Below, one piece after another: positions 18,038 to 28,282 of a stretch of 63,957 nt of DNA (within the stretch, counting starts at the first letter, position 1; each line of letters starts with the position of its first letter). This stretch comes from Bacteroidota bacterium (GTDB lineage Bacteria > Bacteroidota > Bacteroidia > Bacteroidales > FEN-979). Location of the stretch: contig JBAXRP010000002.1 of assembly GCA_037131145.1 (NCBI GenBank), forward strand, positions 1-63,957, given 5' to 3'. Both the position numbers and the translations under genes were made by a program. The notes below the pieces were generated by a model that was given only the letters and a program-made list of their open reading frames with translations, was not told the DNA's origin and made no database searches.

Positions 18038-18697
18038 TTAAAGATCAACCAGTTTATTTTTAATAGCAAACAAAACAAGGTTGAGGGTATTTTTGGTATC
18101 TGTCTTTTCGAGCAGATTTGAACGATGAACTTCTATCGTCTTTATGCTTCTGCAAAGTTTATCGGCAATTTCACAAGCGTTTAAACCCTGACAAAAATAT
18201 TTCAGAACTTCAATCTCCTTTTCAGTTAATTTTATGCCAATGCCTGCCGAAACATTTGGAACTAACTGTTTTTTTGCCGTATTAATGATAATCTGGCGCA
18301 ATAACTCATTAGAAAAGTAGCTTTCGCCTTTAATCACTGCTTTAATTGCTTTTTCAAGCTCCTGTTTTCCCGAAGTCTTTAGAACAAAACCCAAAGCCCC
18401 GGCAGTAATCATGTCTGTGTAATTATCTTTCTCGCTACGCATTGTAAGCGCCAGAATTTTCAGGTTGGGCTTTTTTGCTAATGCTCTTATGGTAGCCTCT
18501 ACTCCATTCATAACCGGCATTTCAATATCCATTAATACCAAATCCGGGTTAAGCGTTTCCAATAAATTGAGAAACGCCTGACCGTTTTCAGCTTCTGCAA
18601 TTACCTCGCCCATTTCTTCCTTTTCAATGAGAAGTTTCATGCCTTCCCGAAACAGTGAATGATCATCAACTATTATTATTTTAGTATTACAACCCAT
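18038..18697 (-). CDS. response regulator, NarL/FixJ (LuxR-type HTH) family
   Basis: 219 aa. Receiver domain (IIIVDDH...LVLMDIEMP) plus C-terminal LuxR HTH (LTEKEIEVLKYFCQGLNACEIADKLCRSIKTIEVHRSNLLEK). Confidence 0.9.
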   Translation of the reverse strand: MGCNTKIIIVDDHSLFREGMKLLIEKEEMGEVIAEAENGQAFLNLLETLNPDLVLMDIEMPVMNGVEATIRALAKKPNLKILALTMRSEKDNYTDMITAGALGFVLKTSGKQELEKAIKAVIKGESYFSNELLRQIIINTAKKQLVPNVSAGIGIKLTEKEIEVLKYFCQGLNACEIADKLCRSIKTIEVHRSNLLEKTDTKNTLNLVLFAIKNKLVDL

Positions 18698-18727
18698 AAA
18701 AGATGTTTCCTTAAATTTTATTTCATA

Positions 18728-20785
18728 TCAATTTCCGGTTTCGTTAACCGGTAAATCAATATTAACGTGAATTCCTTTTCCAATGGAGGTTTCAAATTTT
18801 AATGTCCCATTGAGAGTCTTAATCCTTTGTTTAATATTAAGTAACCCCAACCCTTTGCTCGTTTGTTTTGTTTGAATCAAATCAAACCCAATGCCGTTAT
18901 CAATATATGTTAAGTTGATCCTTCTGTTTTCTTTGTCATAGTTAAATTCTATCTCAACGCAAGTTGCTTTGGCGTATTTAAGCGTATTGTTGATAAGTTC
19001 AGTTGTAATTCTGAAAAGGTTAATTTCCAAAAAATCATTAAACCTGTCGTTGGAACTGAAGGTAAAGTTGACGATTGTTTTTTGGGTTTCATTTAAACTT
19101 TGAGTAAAACTTAAAAATGCATCAACAAATCCGAAATTATTTAAAATATGAGGACTTAAGCTATATGCCAACTCACGTATTGTTTGAATCGCTCTGTCGA
19201 TATTATAGTTTCCTTTTTCGATAATAATTTTTGCCTTTTCAGTATTATTGGACTCGGCAAGCCACTGAAAGTATAATTTTATTGTAGACAATAAGGGTCC
19301 CAATCCATCATGTAATTCACAGGAAAAGCGGTTACGCTCGCGCTCTTCAACTTCAATGGCAATGTTTAGCACTTCGTTTTCAGCTTTTACTTTCTCGGTA
19401 ATATCGCGATTCGAAGCTCTTATTCCAAGATATTTCCCATCAACGTAAATTTTCATACAGGTATGACCAATCCAGCGTATTTCACCATTTTTTGAAATTA
19501 TCCTGAAATCCGGTTCTCTATTGTCTTTTTTTGGAAAACGCGGAGCCACATGACCTAAAAAGACGCTTAAATCATCCGGATGAATTATTTTATTAATCAA
19601 TTTATTATCATCCATAAATTCCTGAACTGTATATCCGGTTATTCTTTCACAGGAAGGTGATACATAGTTGTAGAAGCCTTCAGCATTAATCCAATATTCC
19701 CAATCATAAGTATAGTTTGCTACAGTACGATATTTTTCTTCAACTTGTTCAAGTTCCTGATACGATTGAAATAATTCTGATGTTCGCTCTTTCACTCGTT
19801 CTTCAAGCTTTTCATTAAGTTGATAAAGTTCATTCTCCGCTCGCTTGCGTTTAGTTATATCGCTAAATGAGCATACAACCTGAAGAACCGTTCCATCTTT
19901 GTTTAACTGAGGTATGGCATGTACAAGCAACCAAACGCGATCGCCTTTATCAGGACGATAAACGCCCATTACCACATCCCTGATTGGTTGCCGTGTTGCA
20001 ATTGCAACAGGTACGGGATGAGTTGATCCAGGAAATGGAGAACCATCTTCATGAATGACATTCCAATCGGGGTCGTACGAAGTCTTGCCCAAAAGCTGGG
20101 CTTCCTCGATACCCAGTAATTCCAGCGCTTTGGGATTACTTAGCAATATTTCCGCTTTCGGACCTTGTATTATAACTCCAGCCTGAATTCCATATACCAA
20201 ACGATTAAGATTATCCATGCTGTCTTTAAGAGCTTTTTCTTCCTGCCTGCGCTGGGTTATATCCGATGCAGTAACAAAACATTGCTCACCATTTTCGTTA
20301 ACAATGCCGGTAAGGTGAACATAAATTGGCTTATTAAATTTGTCTTTCAGGGTCAGTTCACATGTTTCTGTAACCTGGTTATTAAATACATTCCCAAGAA
20401 AGCTATTAAAGATTTGCTCTGTTTCCTCAGAAACAAAACTGCCAAACAGATTGTTTTTTAAAAGTGATCGTTCTTTGCCAACCATTTGCGATCCACTTAA
20501 GTTTAAATCAATGATTTTACCCTCTTTGGTAAGTGTAAAATAGCTGATTGGGGCAAAATCGAATAGTTCATTGAATTTGTCAGCAGCGCCTTCTGCCTCT
20601 CGCTTTGCAAGCAAAAGTTCCTCATTCTGCAATTCCAGTTCTATCTGATGCACCTCCAACTCATTAATGAGTTTTAGCGCTTCAGTTTCCGAAAGCTGTG
20701 AAACCATTCTTGCAGGTCTGTTTTTAAAAATATTTAAGGCTTTTTGACGAAGGAATCCGGTTTTTGATTTGTAAACTTTTTTCAT
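18728..20785 (-). CDS. cytoplasmic PAS-domain sensor histidine kinase (HisKA_3/NarL-type)
   Basis: 685 aa with no TM segments. N-terminal coiled coil, about three PAS/PAC modules, H-box ELHDGLGPLLSTIKLY, and a C-terminal HATPase region (DNGIGF...GLGLLNIKQR). Confidence 0.9.
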   Translation of the reverse strand: MKKVYKSKTGFLRQKALNIFKNRPARMVSQLSETEALKLINELEVHQIELELQNEELLLAKREAEGAADKFNELFDFAPISYFTLTKEGKIIDLNLSGSQMVGKERSLLKNNLFGSFVSEETEQIFNSFLGNVFNNQVTETCELTLKDKFNKPIYVHLTGIVNENGEQCFVTASDITQRRQEEKALKDSMDNLNRLVYGIQAGVIIQGPKAEILLSNPKALELLGIEEAQLLGKTSYDPDWNVIHEDGSPFPGSTHPVPVAIATRQPIRDVVMGVYRPDKGDRVWLLVHAIPQLNKDGTVLQVVCSFSDITKRKRAENELYQLNEKLEERVKERTSELFQSYQELEQVEEKYRTVANYTYDWEYWINAEGFYNYVSPSCERITGYTVQEFMDDNKLINKIIHPDDLSVFLGHVAPRFPKKDNREPDFRIISKNGEIRWIGHTCMKIYVDGKYLGIRASNRDITEKVKAENEVLNIAIEVEERERNRFSCELHDGLGPLLSTIKLYFQWLAESNNTEKAKIIIEKGNYNIDRAIQTIRELAYSLSPHILNNFGFVDAFLSFTQSLNETQKTIVNFTFSSNDRFNDFLEINLFRITTELINNTLKYAKATCVEIEFNYDKENRRINLTYIDNGIGFDLIQTKQTSKGLGLLNIKQRIKTLNGTLKFETSIGKGIHVNIDLPVNETGN

Positions 20786-21334
20786 TTAAAATAAATTATT
20801 TATACCAGAGTCCACTTAAATTTGAAATACCTGAAGAATTGAAAATTTTCCAGAAACTATGCGGTTTTTCAAAACCTCTCAGCTATTCAAGTCTTTCACC
20901 TGAATAATTGAGGCTAAATTACCGGAATAAACTCAAAACAAATTTTCCAACAATTAAATAATCAAAAATCGTGCTATGTCAGAAATGATTTATCAACTGT
21001 ACCTATACAGTATATAGATGAAAAGAGATAAATATTGATAATAACAAAACAGTCTCAAAATGGGAAATATTTTCCTAAAATGGTCATTCTTGTCCTGGAA
21101 AAGCATTTCGTTTTTTATACTGCCACGAATATAATATTATACTCAAAACGGGATTATACTTCGCGATTAAAAATTTGCGATAAGACTGTCACAAATTACT
21201 CCGTTTGCAGTATTTAAACTGACAAACATTAGCAAATAGCCGTTGCAGGTATAAATTGCAGTCAGCTTTTAATCACTTAAAAGGAAAGGATGGAAATTAT
21301 CAATTGCAGTCTGTTTCAACTGGCTTATAAAGAA

Positions 21335-22186
21335 TTATTTTGCGAAAGTCAATCTTACGCTCTCAGCAAGGTCGGAGATTTCAGCAACTTTTTGCTGATC
21401 AATTTTCTTTCCTGATTCGATACCATAATTTCCCCAGATGGGTTTCAATTTTTGAATTTCAGCATAAACAGGCTTCATTTTCTCGTCGGCGCTATAGGCT
21501 TCAAGAATGGTAAGCAGTTTCATGTGATTATCCTTCTGGTTTGCAACGATGGCCATTATTTTGGTGTTATCTTTGGCAACTTCACCAAGGGTGGAGGCAA
21601 GATAAATCCCTTCTGAAAAACCTCCGCAGGCAATTAGTACAGCAATACGAGTGCGGTTATTTTTGGCAAGAAAATCGTTGGTCTGCCCAAATACCTTGTT
21701 GATCAGACCAATCAGGGAATCTTTATTATTATTGAACTTCTTTACCTTTTCGATCAACGACTGATCGTAAACGCCGGCAATGCCCAGTTCGTCGGCCAGT
21801 TTGTTGGTGCATCCGAGAAACTTATTGGTTTCATCGGTGCGGTTATAGGTGGCTGAGTAACATAAATCGGCGCTGTAAATTCCGAGGTTGAGGGCTTTGC
21901 TTATTTCAGCGTTGTATTTGTCAACATTGGCGGGTGGATTCGTAATATCGAAAATAAAACCGGCTTTTGCTTTTTCAAGTAACGAGGTTACCTCGAACGG
22001 AGTTGGAAATGAGTAAAGCATGTTTTGGGATTCGGGACTTAAAGTCACCTCTTTGGCGATGGTGTCGGCAACTGTGGCATTAGCCTGCTGATCCTGGTTT
22101 GATGCATTGTTGCAACCCGAAAGGGCGATTAAGAGAAAGAAGGCTGCATAGGCAGCGCCCGACTGAATTTTTTTGAATGCTTTCAT
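21335..22186 (-). CDS. hypothetical lipoprotein
   Basis: The ATG at 22186 gives MKAFKKIQSGAAYAAFFLLIALSGC (lipobox). The ORF-track start at 22225 is GTG. No family recognised. Confidence 0.55.
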   Translation of the reverse strand: MKAFKKIQSGAAYAAFFLLIALSGCNNASNQDQQANATVADTIAKEVTLSPESQNMLYSFPTPFEVTSLLEKAKAGFIFDITNPPANVDKYNAEISKALNLGIYSADLCYSATYNRTDETNKFLGCTNKLADELGIAGVYDQSLIEKVKKFNNNKDSLIGLINKVFGQTNDFLAKNNRTRIAVLIACGGFSEGIYLASTLGEVAKDNTKIMAIVANQKDNHMKLLTILEAYSADEKMKPVYAEIQKLKPIWGNYGIESGKKIDQQKVAEISDLAESVRLTFAK

Positions 22187-22331
22187 AAATGTGATTGAGA
22201 ATTTGTTCGTAAATTGTGGTAACACTCTAATTTCAGGTTTCTGTTAATGAACTATGCGAAATTAAATGTTTTTTTTTTAATCCCGGCAATTTTTTTTATA
22301 AACAAATCTGGTTTGACAATTTTCTCTATCA

Positions 22332-23279
22332 TTAATGACGGATTAACACTTTAAGGGTTCCTGGTTTAGCGGCAAATTCAAAAGCATCGCAAATTTGATC
22401 AAAATTAAAAGTTTTGGCAATCATCTGTTGCGGATTTACAAGTTTTTGCGTTAGCAGTTTCAGAGCTGGTTCGAATAACCCGCATCGCGACCCGATAATC
22501 TCAAATTCGTTAATAACAATCTGGTTCAGGTCAATTTTTTCGCAATTCGCAACAGTCGTTTTCAATATGAGCTTTCCACGTGGGTTTAAATGCGCCAACG
22601 CCAGGTTAATCCCTGATGGATCGCCGGTAGCCTCTATACAAACTTCTGCCTTTTCAGAATTACCAAGTGTTGCAGTTAATCTGGCATGAATTCCCATGTC
22701 TGTAGCTTTTTTAACCGTTGATTCACTGCGGGCAAAGACAGTAAAATCGCAGCCATTCAACCTGAATACCTGGGCAATAAGTAACCCAAGTTTTCCGGCT
22801 CCGAAAATGAATACATTTTGGGAAGGTTTGATATGTATCTGCTCAAATATTTCGACGGCGGCGGCAAGCGGTTCAGTAAATACAGCAATCTCATCAGAAA
22901 GGTTGGCATGTACAACATGGAGATTGCTTTCGGGCAGGACGATAAATTCAGCGAAAACTCCGTTTCGTTTAAAAATACCAAGCGTTGAGCGAAATTCACA
23001 ATGTGTGCGGCGACCTGTCAGACACAGGTAACAATTTCCGCAAGGACAATTAATTTCACCAACCACTTTTTTGCCAAAATAGATACTCGAAGGTGTAACA
23101 ACCTCCCCAACAAATTCATGCCCCGGTATTCCCTTGAAACCCATATAACCTTTTATTATCTCAAGGTCGGTATTGCAGATGGAAGAGTAAAGTACCCTGA
23201 TTAAAACTTCATCATTTAATGGCTGAGGTATTGGAACCTCCAAAATTTGCAGTGATTCATTGAATACTAATGCTTTCAT
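22332..23279 (-). CDS. zinc-dependent alcohol dehydrogenase family (MDR) oxidoreductase
   Basis: 315 aa. Catalytic zinc motif GHEFVGEV, structural zinc cluster CPCGNCYLCLTGRRTHC, Rossmann motif GAGKLG. Confidence 0.85.
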   Translation of the reverse strand: MKALVFNESLQILEVPIPQPLNDEVLIRVLYSSICNTDLEIIKGYMGFKGIPGHEFVGEVVTPSSIYFGKKVVGEINCPCGNCYLCLTGRRTHCEFRSTLGIFKRNGVFAEFIVLPESNLHVVHANLSDEIAVFTEPLAAAVEIFEQIHIKPSQNVFIFGAGKLGLLIAQVFRLNGCDFTVFARSESTVKKATDMGIHARLTATLGNSEKAEVCIEATGDPSGINLALAHLNPRGKLILKTTVANCEKIDLNQIVINEFEIIGSRCGLFEPALKLLTQKLVNPQQMIAKTFNFDQICDAFEFAAKPGTLKVLIRH

Positions 23280-23351
23280 AGTTTATACTTTGATAATCTT
23301 AGAAAATCACAACGTTGCACCAAGAATAACCTGTATTTATGAAGGAAAATT

Positions 23352-23456
23352 GGTTCCAAAATCCAGGATCCAAATCCCACGGGAGAAAAGAGAGAGGCAT
23401 GATTTAGCAAGCCTTGAAAGCAAGGATTTGGAATTTGAGACTTGGAATTTGAGATC
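23352..23456 (-). repeat. MITE-like intergenic element, copy C (inverted orientation)
   Basis: The reverse complement aligns with copies A and B (core AAGCCTTGAAAG at 23409-23420). There is a 9-bp perfect inverted repeat TCCAAATCC (23369-23377) / GGATTTGGA (23424-23432), plus a duplicated TTGGAATTTGAGA arm. Confidence 0.75.
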
Positions 23457-23518
23457 AGAATGATATAATTAAACCCGTTTGCAGAATTTACAGGGGACAA
23501 GCAAAATCGGTAAAAATG

Positions 23519-23740
23519 TTAATACTCATCTTCATGAAAGAAGAAGTCCTCTTTAGTGGGATAATCAGGCCAGATGTCTTCGATACGCTCGTAAGATTCT
23601 CCTTCATCTTCAATTTCTCTCAGGTTTTCAATAACTTCCTGAGGTGCGCCTGATCGGATCGCCCAATCGACCAGCTCTTCCTTGGTAGCAGGCCAGGGAG
23701 CATCTTCCAGTTTTGAGGCCAATTCGAGTGTCCAGTACAT
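23519..23740 (-). CDS. DUF2795 domain protein
   Basis: 73 aa, acidic. WPATKEELVDWAIRSGAPQEVIENL matches the DUF2795 pattern. Confidence 0.7.
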   Translation of the reverse strand: MYWTLELASKLEDAPWPATKEELVDWAIRSGAPQEVIENLREIEDEGESYERIEDIWPDYPTKEDFFFHEDEY

Positions 23741-23765
23741 ATTTGTCTAATTAAAGAGTTTTTTG

Positions 23766-23773
23766 CAAAAGTA
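23766..23773 (-). promoter_or_regulatory. -7 box candidate upstream of the DUF2795 gene
   Basis: Minus-strand TACTTTTG, ending about 25 nt upstream of the ATG at 23740. Confidence 0.3.
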
Positions 23774-23800
23774 AAAAAAAACAAATCAAAAAAGCAAGTC

Positions 23801-24364
23801 TTATTCAGGAGTCCTTGTAATCCATGGCGTTTCCTTTGCTCCAAAATCCTTGCCCACTTTCCTCGCCAGCACAAATAAATAATCTGACAAACGATTGATC
23901 AGGCGAATTATTATATCTTCAACCGGGCTAATTTGGTTAAGTCGTATCAATGAACGTTCTGCTCTGCGGCAAACTGTACGGGCAATATGACATTGAGAAA
24001 CAACAGCATGACCGCCGGGAAGAATGAAATTTGTAAGTTCAGGAAGTTCTTCATTCATAGCATCAATCTCGTTTTCAAGAAGCTTAATTTCCTCATCAGA
24101 AAGACATGGTAGCGCCTGGGTTTGTTTTTCAGGATCCCTTGCTATCAGAGCTTCCGCAACAAAAAGGTTCTCCTGCATTCTTAATAGAACCGACTTATAG
24201 TGCGAATTTATATCCTGATCCCTGATAAGTCCAAGAAACGAGTTCAATTCATCAAGATTCCCATAAGCCTCAACACGATCATGGCTTTTGGCGACACGGG
24301 TGCCTCCGAGAAGGGAAGTCTCACCCTTGTCGCCGCCTTTTGTATAAATTTTAAACTCGCTCAC
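23801..24364 (-). CDS. ATP:cob(I)alamin adenosyltransferase, PduO type
   Basis: 187 aa. IYTKGGDKGETSL...DRVEAYGNLDELNS and the C-terminal helical bundle are typical of PduO-type ATR. The start codon is GTG, 7 nt after the pckG stop. Confidence 0.9.
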   Translation of the reverse strand: MSEFKIYTKGGDKGETSLLGGTRVAKSHDRVEAYGNLDELNSFLGLIRDQDINSHYKSVLLRMQENLFVAEALIARDPEKQTQALPCLSDEEIKLLENEIDAMNEELPELTNFILPGGHAVVSQCHIARTVCRRAERSLIRLNQISPVEDIIIRLINRLSDYLFVLARKVGKDFGAKETPWITRTPE

Positions 24365-24371
24365 TATTTTG

Positions 24372-26162
24372 CTATTTACTAATCCTTTCTTTTAACGCCT
24401 CAAACTGTGCTTTCATCTCTTTTGGAAGACGTTCGCCAAATATTTTCTGGTGGTCAGAAATGAGTTCACATTCATCGAGCCATTCAGTTTTATCAACCTT
24501 CAGAATTTCATCCATTTTTTCCTCGACTCCCTGCAATCCCTCTGTATCAATTGAACCTTTTTCGGGAACGAAGCCTATTGCGGTTTCCTGAGCGTCTGAG
24601 TTACCTTCAATACGTTCGAATATCCATTTCAGAACGCGGATGTTGTCGCCATAACCGGGCCAAAGGAATTTGCCATCGGGTCCTTTACGGAACCAGTTTA
24701 CATTGAAAATTTTGGGGAGTTTGTCACGATCAGGGGCGTTTTCGCCGATGTTAACCCAATGTCCGAAATAATCGCCCATGTGATAACCACAGAAAGGGAG
24801 CATTGCGAATGGATCGCGGCGCACTCCGGCTTTAAGTCCGATGGCGGCGGCAGTAACTTCAGATCCAACAATTGATCCCATGAAAACGCCATGATTCCAA
24901 TCAAAAGCCTCATAAACCAGAGGAACGGTTCCGGGACGCCTTCCGCCAAAAAGAAATGCTGAAATAGGCACGCCTTTGGGGTTTTCCCAATCTTTGTCAA
25001 TTACCGGGCATTGGTAGGCTGGCGCTGTAAATCTTGCATTTGGATGCGCTGCGGGTTTACCATTTTCTTTATAATAGACTTCATTTGTCCAGGTAATGGT
25101 TCCTTCGGGAATATCCGATCCGATACCTTCCCACCAGATATCGCCATCAGGAGTAAGTCCTGTATTTGTAAAAATTGAATTTGCTTTACATGACAGCATT
25201 GCATTTGGATTGGTTTCCATAGAGGTAAAAGGAGCCACGCCAAAGAAACCTGCTTCCGGGTTTATGGCATAAAGTCTCCCATCTTCGCCAAATTTCATCC
25301 AGGCAATATCGTCGCCAACGGTTTCAACTTTCCATCCGGGGATAGTAGGGATGAGCATAGCGAGATTGGTTTTGCCGCAGGCGCTGGGGAAAGCGGCAGC
25401 AATGTACCTTTTCACTCCATGAGGATTGGTGATGCCCATGATAAGCATGTGCTCGGCAAGCCAGCCTTCGCGGCGCGCCATGTTGGAAGCAATACGCAGA
25501 GCAAAGCATTTTTTCCCAAGAAGCGCGTTGCCGCCGTATCCGCTTCCGAATGACCATGTTTCATTGGTGTCGGGGAAATGGGAGATGTACTTCTTTTCAA
25601 TTGGCGCACAGGGCCATTTCACATCTTTCTCACCGGCAGCCAACGGGGCTCCCACTGAGTGGATGCAGGGAACAAAATCACTATCGCCAAGAACTTTCAA
25701 AACCGATTCGCCCATCCTGGTCATGATTCTCATATTTACTACTACATAAGGCGAGTCGGTAATCTGAATCCCAATATGTGCAATTTTTGATCCCAGCGGA
25801 CCCATGCTGAATGGAATCACAAACATGGTTCTACCCTTCATACAGCCGCGATACATCTCTGTAAGAATCTTTTTCATCTCTAACGGCGCCATCCAGTTGT
25901 TTGTTGGACCCGCATCAATTTGTTGTGCCGAGCATATATAGGTGCGGTTTTCAACCCTTGCCACATCACTCGGATCGCTTTGGAAATAATAACTTCCAGG
26001 TCGGGTTTCTTCATTCAGTTTTACTGCCATGCCAGTCTGAACCATAGAACTCATCAACCGCTGATTTTCAGCTTCAGAACCATCGCAATAATGAATGGCT
26101 TCAGGCTGACAAAGTTCAGCCCACTCTTTTACCCACTGTTCAACTTTTCTGCTAATTGTCAT
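24372..26162 (-). CDS. pckG: phosphoenolpyruvate carboxykinase (GTP)
   Basis: 596 aa. GTP-PEPCK signatures FPSACGKTN (kinase-1a), GDDIAWM, and the [15 protein letters not shown] block. Confidence 0.95.
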   Translation of the reverse strand: MTISRKVEQWVKEWAELCQPEAIHYCDGSEAENQRLMSSMVQTGMAVKLNEETRPGSYYFQSDPSDVARVENRTYICSAQQIDAGPTNNWMAPLEMKKILTEMYRGCMKGRTMFVIPFSMGPLGSKIAHIGIQITDSPYVVVNMRIMTRMGESVLKVLGDSDFVPCIHSVGAPLAAGEKDVKWPCAPIEKKYISHFPDTNETWSFGSGYGGNALLGKKCFALRIASNMARREGWLAEHMLIMGITNPHGVKRYIAAAFPSACGKTNLAMLIPTIPGWKVETVGDDIAWMKFGEDGRLYAINPEAGFFGVAPFTSMETNPNAMLSCKANSIFTNTGLTPDGDIWWEGIGSDIPEGTITWTNEVYYKENGKPAAHPNARFTAPAYQCPVIDKDWENPKGVPISAFLFGGRRPGTVPLVYEAFDWNHGVFMGSIVGSEVTAAAIGLKAGVRRDPFAMLPFCGYHMGDYFGHWVNIGENAPDRDKLPKIFNVNWFRKGPDGKFLWPGYGDNIRVLKWIFERIEGNSDAQETAIGFVPEKGSIDTEGLQGVEEKMDEILKVDKTEWLDECELISDHQKIFGERLPKEMKAQFEALKERISK

Positions 26163-26215
26163 ACTTCTGATTTTTTAATTTAATTTTTTTAAAATTTCAA
26201 TATTTCGCTAACTCG

Positions 26216-27418
26216 CTACCTTAACTCTCCCAAAGCCTCTTTAATTCTCCTCGCCGCCTCTGTAAGTTTATCGAGGCTTGTTGCGTAAGAAAACCTGATG
26301 CAATTTGGATCGCCGAAAGCATCGCCTGGCACAAGGGCTACAAAAACCCTGTTGAGCAGGTACATGCATATGTCGTTGGCATTGTTGATAGTAATCTGTC
26401 CGTTAGTTTTCCCGAAATAGTAAGCAATATCCGGGAAAATATAGAATGCGCCATCAGGATGGTTCAGTTTCACGCCCGGTATTTCGGATAGAAGTTTCAA
26501 CATGAGGTCACGACGCTCGAGGAAAGCCTGTTGCATAATTTTCAAATCCGGGGTGGAGGATGGTTCAGTGATAAATGCCTTCAAGGCGGCGCGCTGGGCA
26601 ATCGAAGAGGCGCCCGAAGTGAACTGCCCCTGGAGTTTGTCGCAGGCTTTGGCAATAGCGAGTGGCGCTGCAATAAAACCGATCCGCCAGCCGGTCATGG
26701 CATAGCCTTTCGAAACGCCATTGACCAGTACCACACGGTCTTTGATAAAGTCAAACTGGCAAATACTCTGATGTTTTCCCACGAAATTGATGTGTTCGTA
26801 AATTTCATCGGCAACGATAGTGATTTCGGGGTATTTAACCAACATTTCAGCAATGCCTTTCAATTCATCACGGGTGTAAACCGAGCCTGTCGGATTACAG
26901 GGCGAACTGTAAATCAACAACTTTGTTTTCGGCGTAATGGCGGCTTCCAGACGCTGTGGCGTTATCTTGAAATTATTTTGAATGGAGGCGTTGATAAAGA
27001 CTGCTTTACCTTCAGCAACCTTGATGATCTCCTTGTACGAAACCCAGTAAGGGGCTGGAACCAGTACTTCATCGCCCGGATTAATAAGACTTAGCATCAC
27101 ATTAGCAATGGATTGTTTTGCTCCGGTCGATACCACAATCTGATTGCAATCGTAATCAAGATTATTATCCCGTTTAAGTTTCGCACAGATTGCTTTCCGG
27201 AGATCTTCATATCCGGCTACGGGTGAGTAGAATGAATAGTTCTGATCAATACCCTCCTTTGCTGCATCTTTGATATAGTCGGGTGTGTTGAAATCTGGTT
27301 CGCCGAGGCTGAGGTTGATCACATCGTGTCCTTCTGCTTTCAGTTCGCGGCTCTTGCGCGACATTGCCAGGGTTTCACTTTCAGCCAGATACTGGATTCT
27401 GTTAGCAAGTGTTGTCAT
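26216..27418 (-). CDS. class I/II PLP-dependent aminotransferase (aspartate aminotransferase-like)
   Basis: 400 aa. LSLGEPDF, NPTG and the PLP lysine motif SKGYAMTGWRIG. Confidence 0.93.
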   Translation of the reverse strand: MTTLANRIQYLAESETLAMSRKSRELKAEGHDVINLSLGEPDFNTPDYIKDAAKEGIDQNYSFYSPVAGYEDLRKAICAKLKRDNNLDYDCNQIVVSTGAKQSIANVMLSLINPGDEVLVPAPYWVSYKEIIKVAEGKAVFINASIQNNFKITPQRLEAAITPKTKLLIYSSPCNPTGSVYTRDELKGIAEMLVKYPEITIVADEIYEHINFVGKHQSICQFDFIKDRVVLVNGVSKGYAMTGWRIGFIAAPLAIAKACDKLQGQFTSGASSIAQRAALKAFITEPSSTPDLKIMQQAFLERRDLMLKLLSEIPGVKLNHPDGAFYIFPDIAYYFGKTNGQITINNANDICMYLLNRVFVALVPGDAFGDPNCIRFSYATSLDKLTEAARRIKEALGELR

Positions 27419-27640
27419 AATGTAGTGAAAATGAAGTTTTTGAAAAAAAGAACAAATTTAGAAAAATAACCGTTGGAAATTACTCTGAATGTAAAAAAGA
27501 TAAAGATAAAATGATTATCAGCGTCCCAAATTTCAAATCCTTAAGATAATTTTGGGGAAGCGGTTCAGAAAGGAAGGGGTCTTTTGGTAAAGACGGTCGG
27601 CGCTTATAGGATCTTTTTGAACAGAATTGTTTGCTCAAAC

Positions 27641-27673
27641 CAAAAAACCCCGTGAAGAATATTCACAGGGTTT
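27641..27673 (-). terminator. rho-independent terminator after the 118-aa gene
   Basis: On the minus strand: AAACCCTGTGAA-TATTC-TTCACGGGGTTT followed by TTTTGG. The stem is 12 bp with one mismatch, and it lies 35 nt after the stop at 27708. Confidence 0.7.
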
Positions 27674-27707
27674 ACTGGTTAATAACGTTGGGAAGCCTAA
27701 CTCCGAT

Positions 27708-28064
27708 TTATCCGATGAGTTTAAATGAAATTGTGATTTTATAATGTTCATTAAAGGGAGTTTTGACGCCTTTACAACAGATTGTTGAAAGTTGCTCCTT
27801 TACAATCTTTTCAATATCGGGACTATCGGAAAGAGTATTCTCGATGTTGATTTTACCATCGTCATCAACCGTAAAAATCACATCAACCGTACCGGTATAT
27901 GATTCTCTGACTGCTTGATCCGGATACTTAATTGATTCTTTAATAATTTTATAAACATTGTCGGCAGGGGTTAAAACCGGACTTGCTGCGCTTGCAGAAA
28001 TTCCTGCGAATAATACAAACATCGTTACGATGCTGAAAAGACGGATAATTGCTGTTGCTTTCAT
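27708..28064 (-). CDS. small secreted protein, TonB C-terminal-domain-like
   Basis: 118 aa with signal peptide (..GISASAASP). YPDQAVRESYTGTVDVIFTVDDDGKI resembles the TonB-C fold motif. Followed by a strong terminator. Confidence 0.45.
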   Translation of the reverse strand: MKATAIIRLFSIVTMFVLFAGISASAASPVLTPADNVYKIIKESIKYPDQAVRESYTGTVDVIFTVDDDGKINIENTLSDSPDIEKIVKEQLSTICCKGVKTPFNEHYKITISFKLIG

Positions 28065-28282
28065 GGTTGTTGAATTTAGGGTTAGTTTATTTATTTTATA
28101 CTTGACATTTGACGGTTTCCTGATAAAGATGTTACAACAAACAGGAAAATTTAACTTATGTTTAACATCTGAATTATGATGTAAAGATAGTACGGATAAA
28201 GCGCTGAAACCAAATAAATTCGGTCATCTGTTTTAAATGCGGGTTGAAGTGTTTCAAGTATCGGTTGACCCGGAAAACAGGC

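Noticed and set aside
21035-21217. 60-aa ORF in the long intergenic gap
   Set aside because: It has AT-rich, low-complexity codon usage and no signal or motif. It lies in the opposite orientation to all neighbours, and its size is near the random expectation.
26531-27094. 187-aa plus-strand ORF
   Set aside because: It is an antisense shadow ORF inside the aminotransferase gene. It has no motifs and its composition is typical of the reverse frame.
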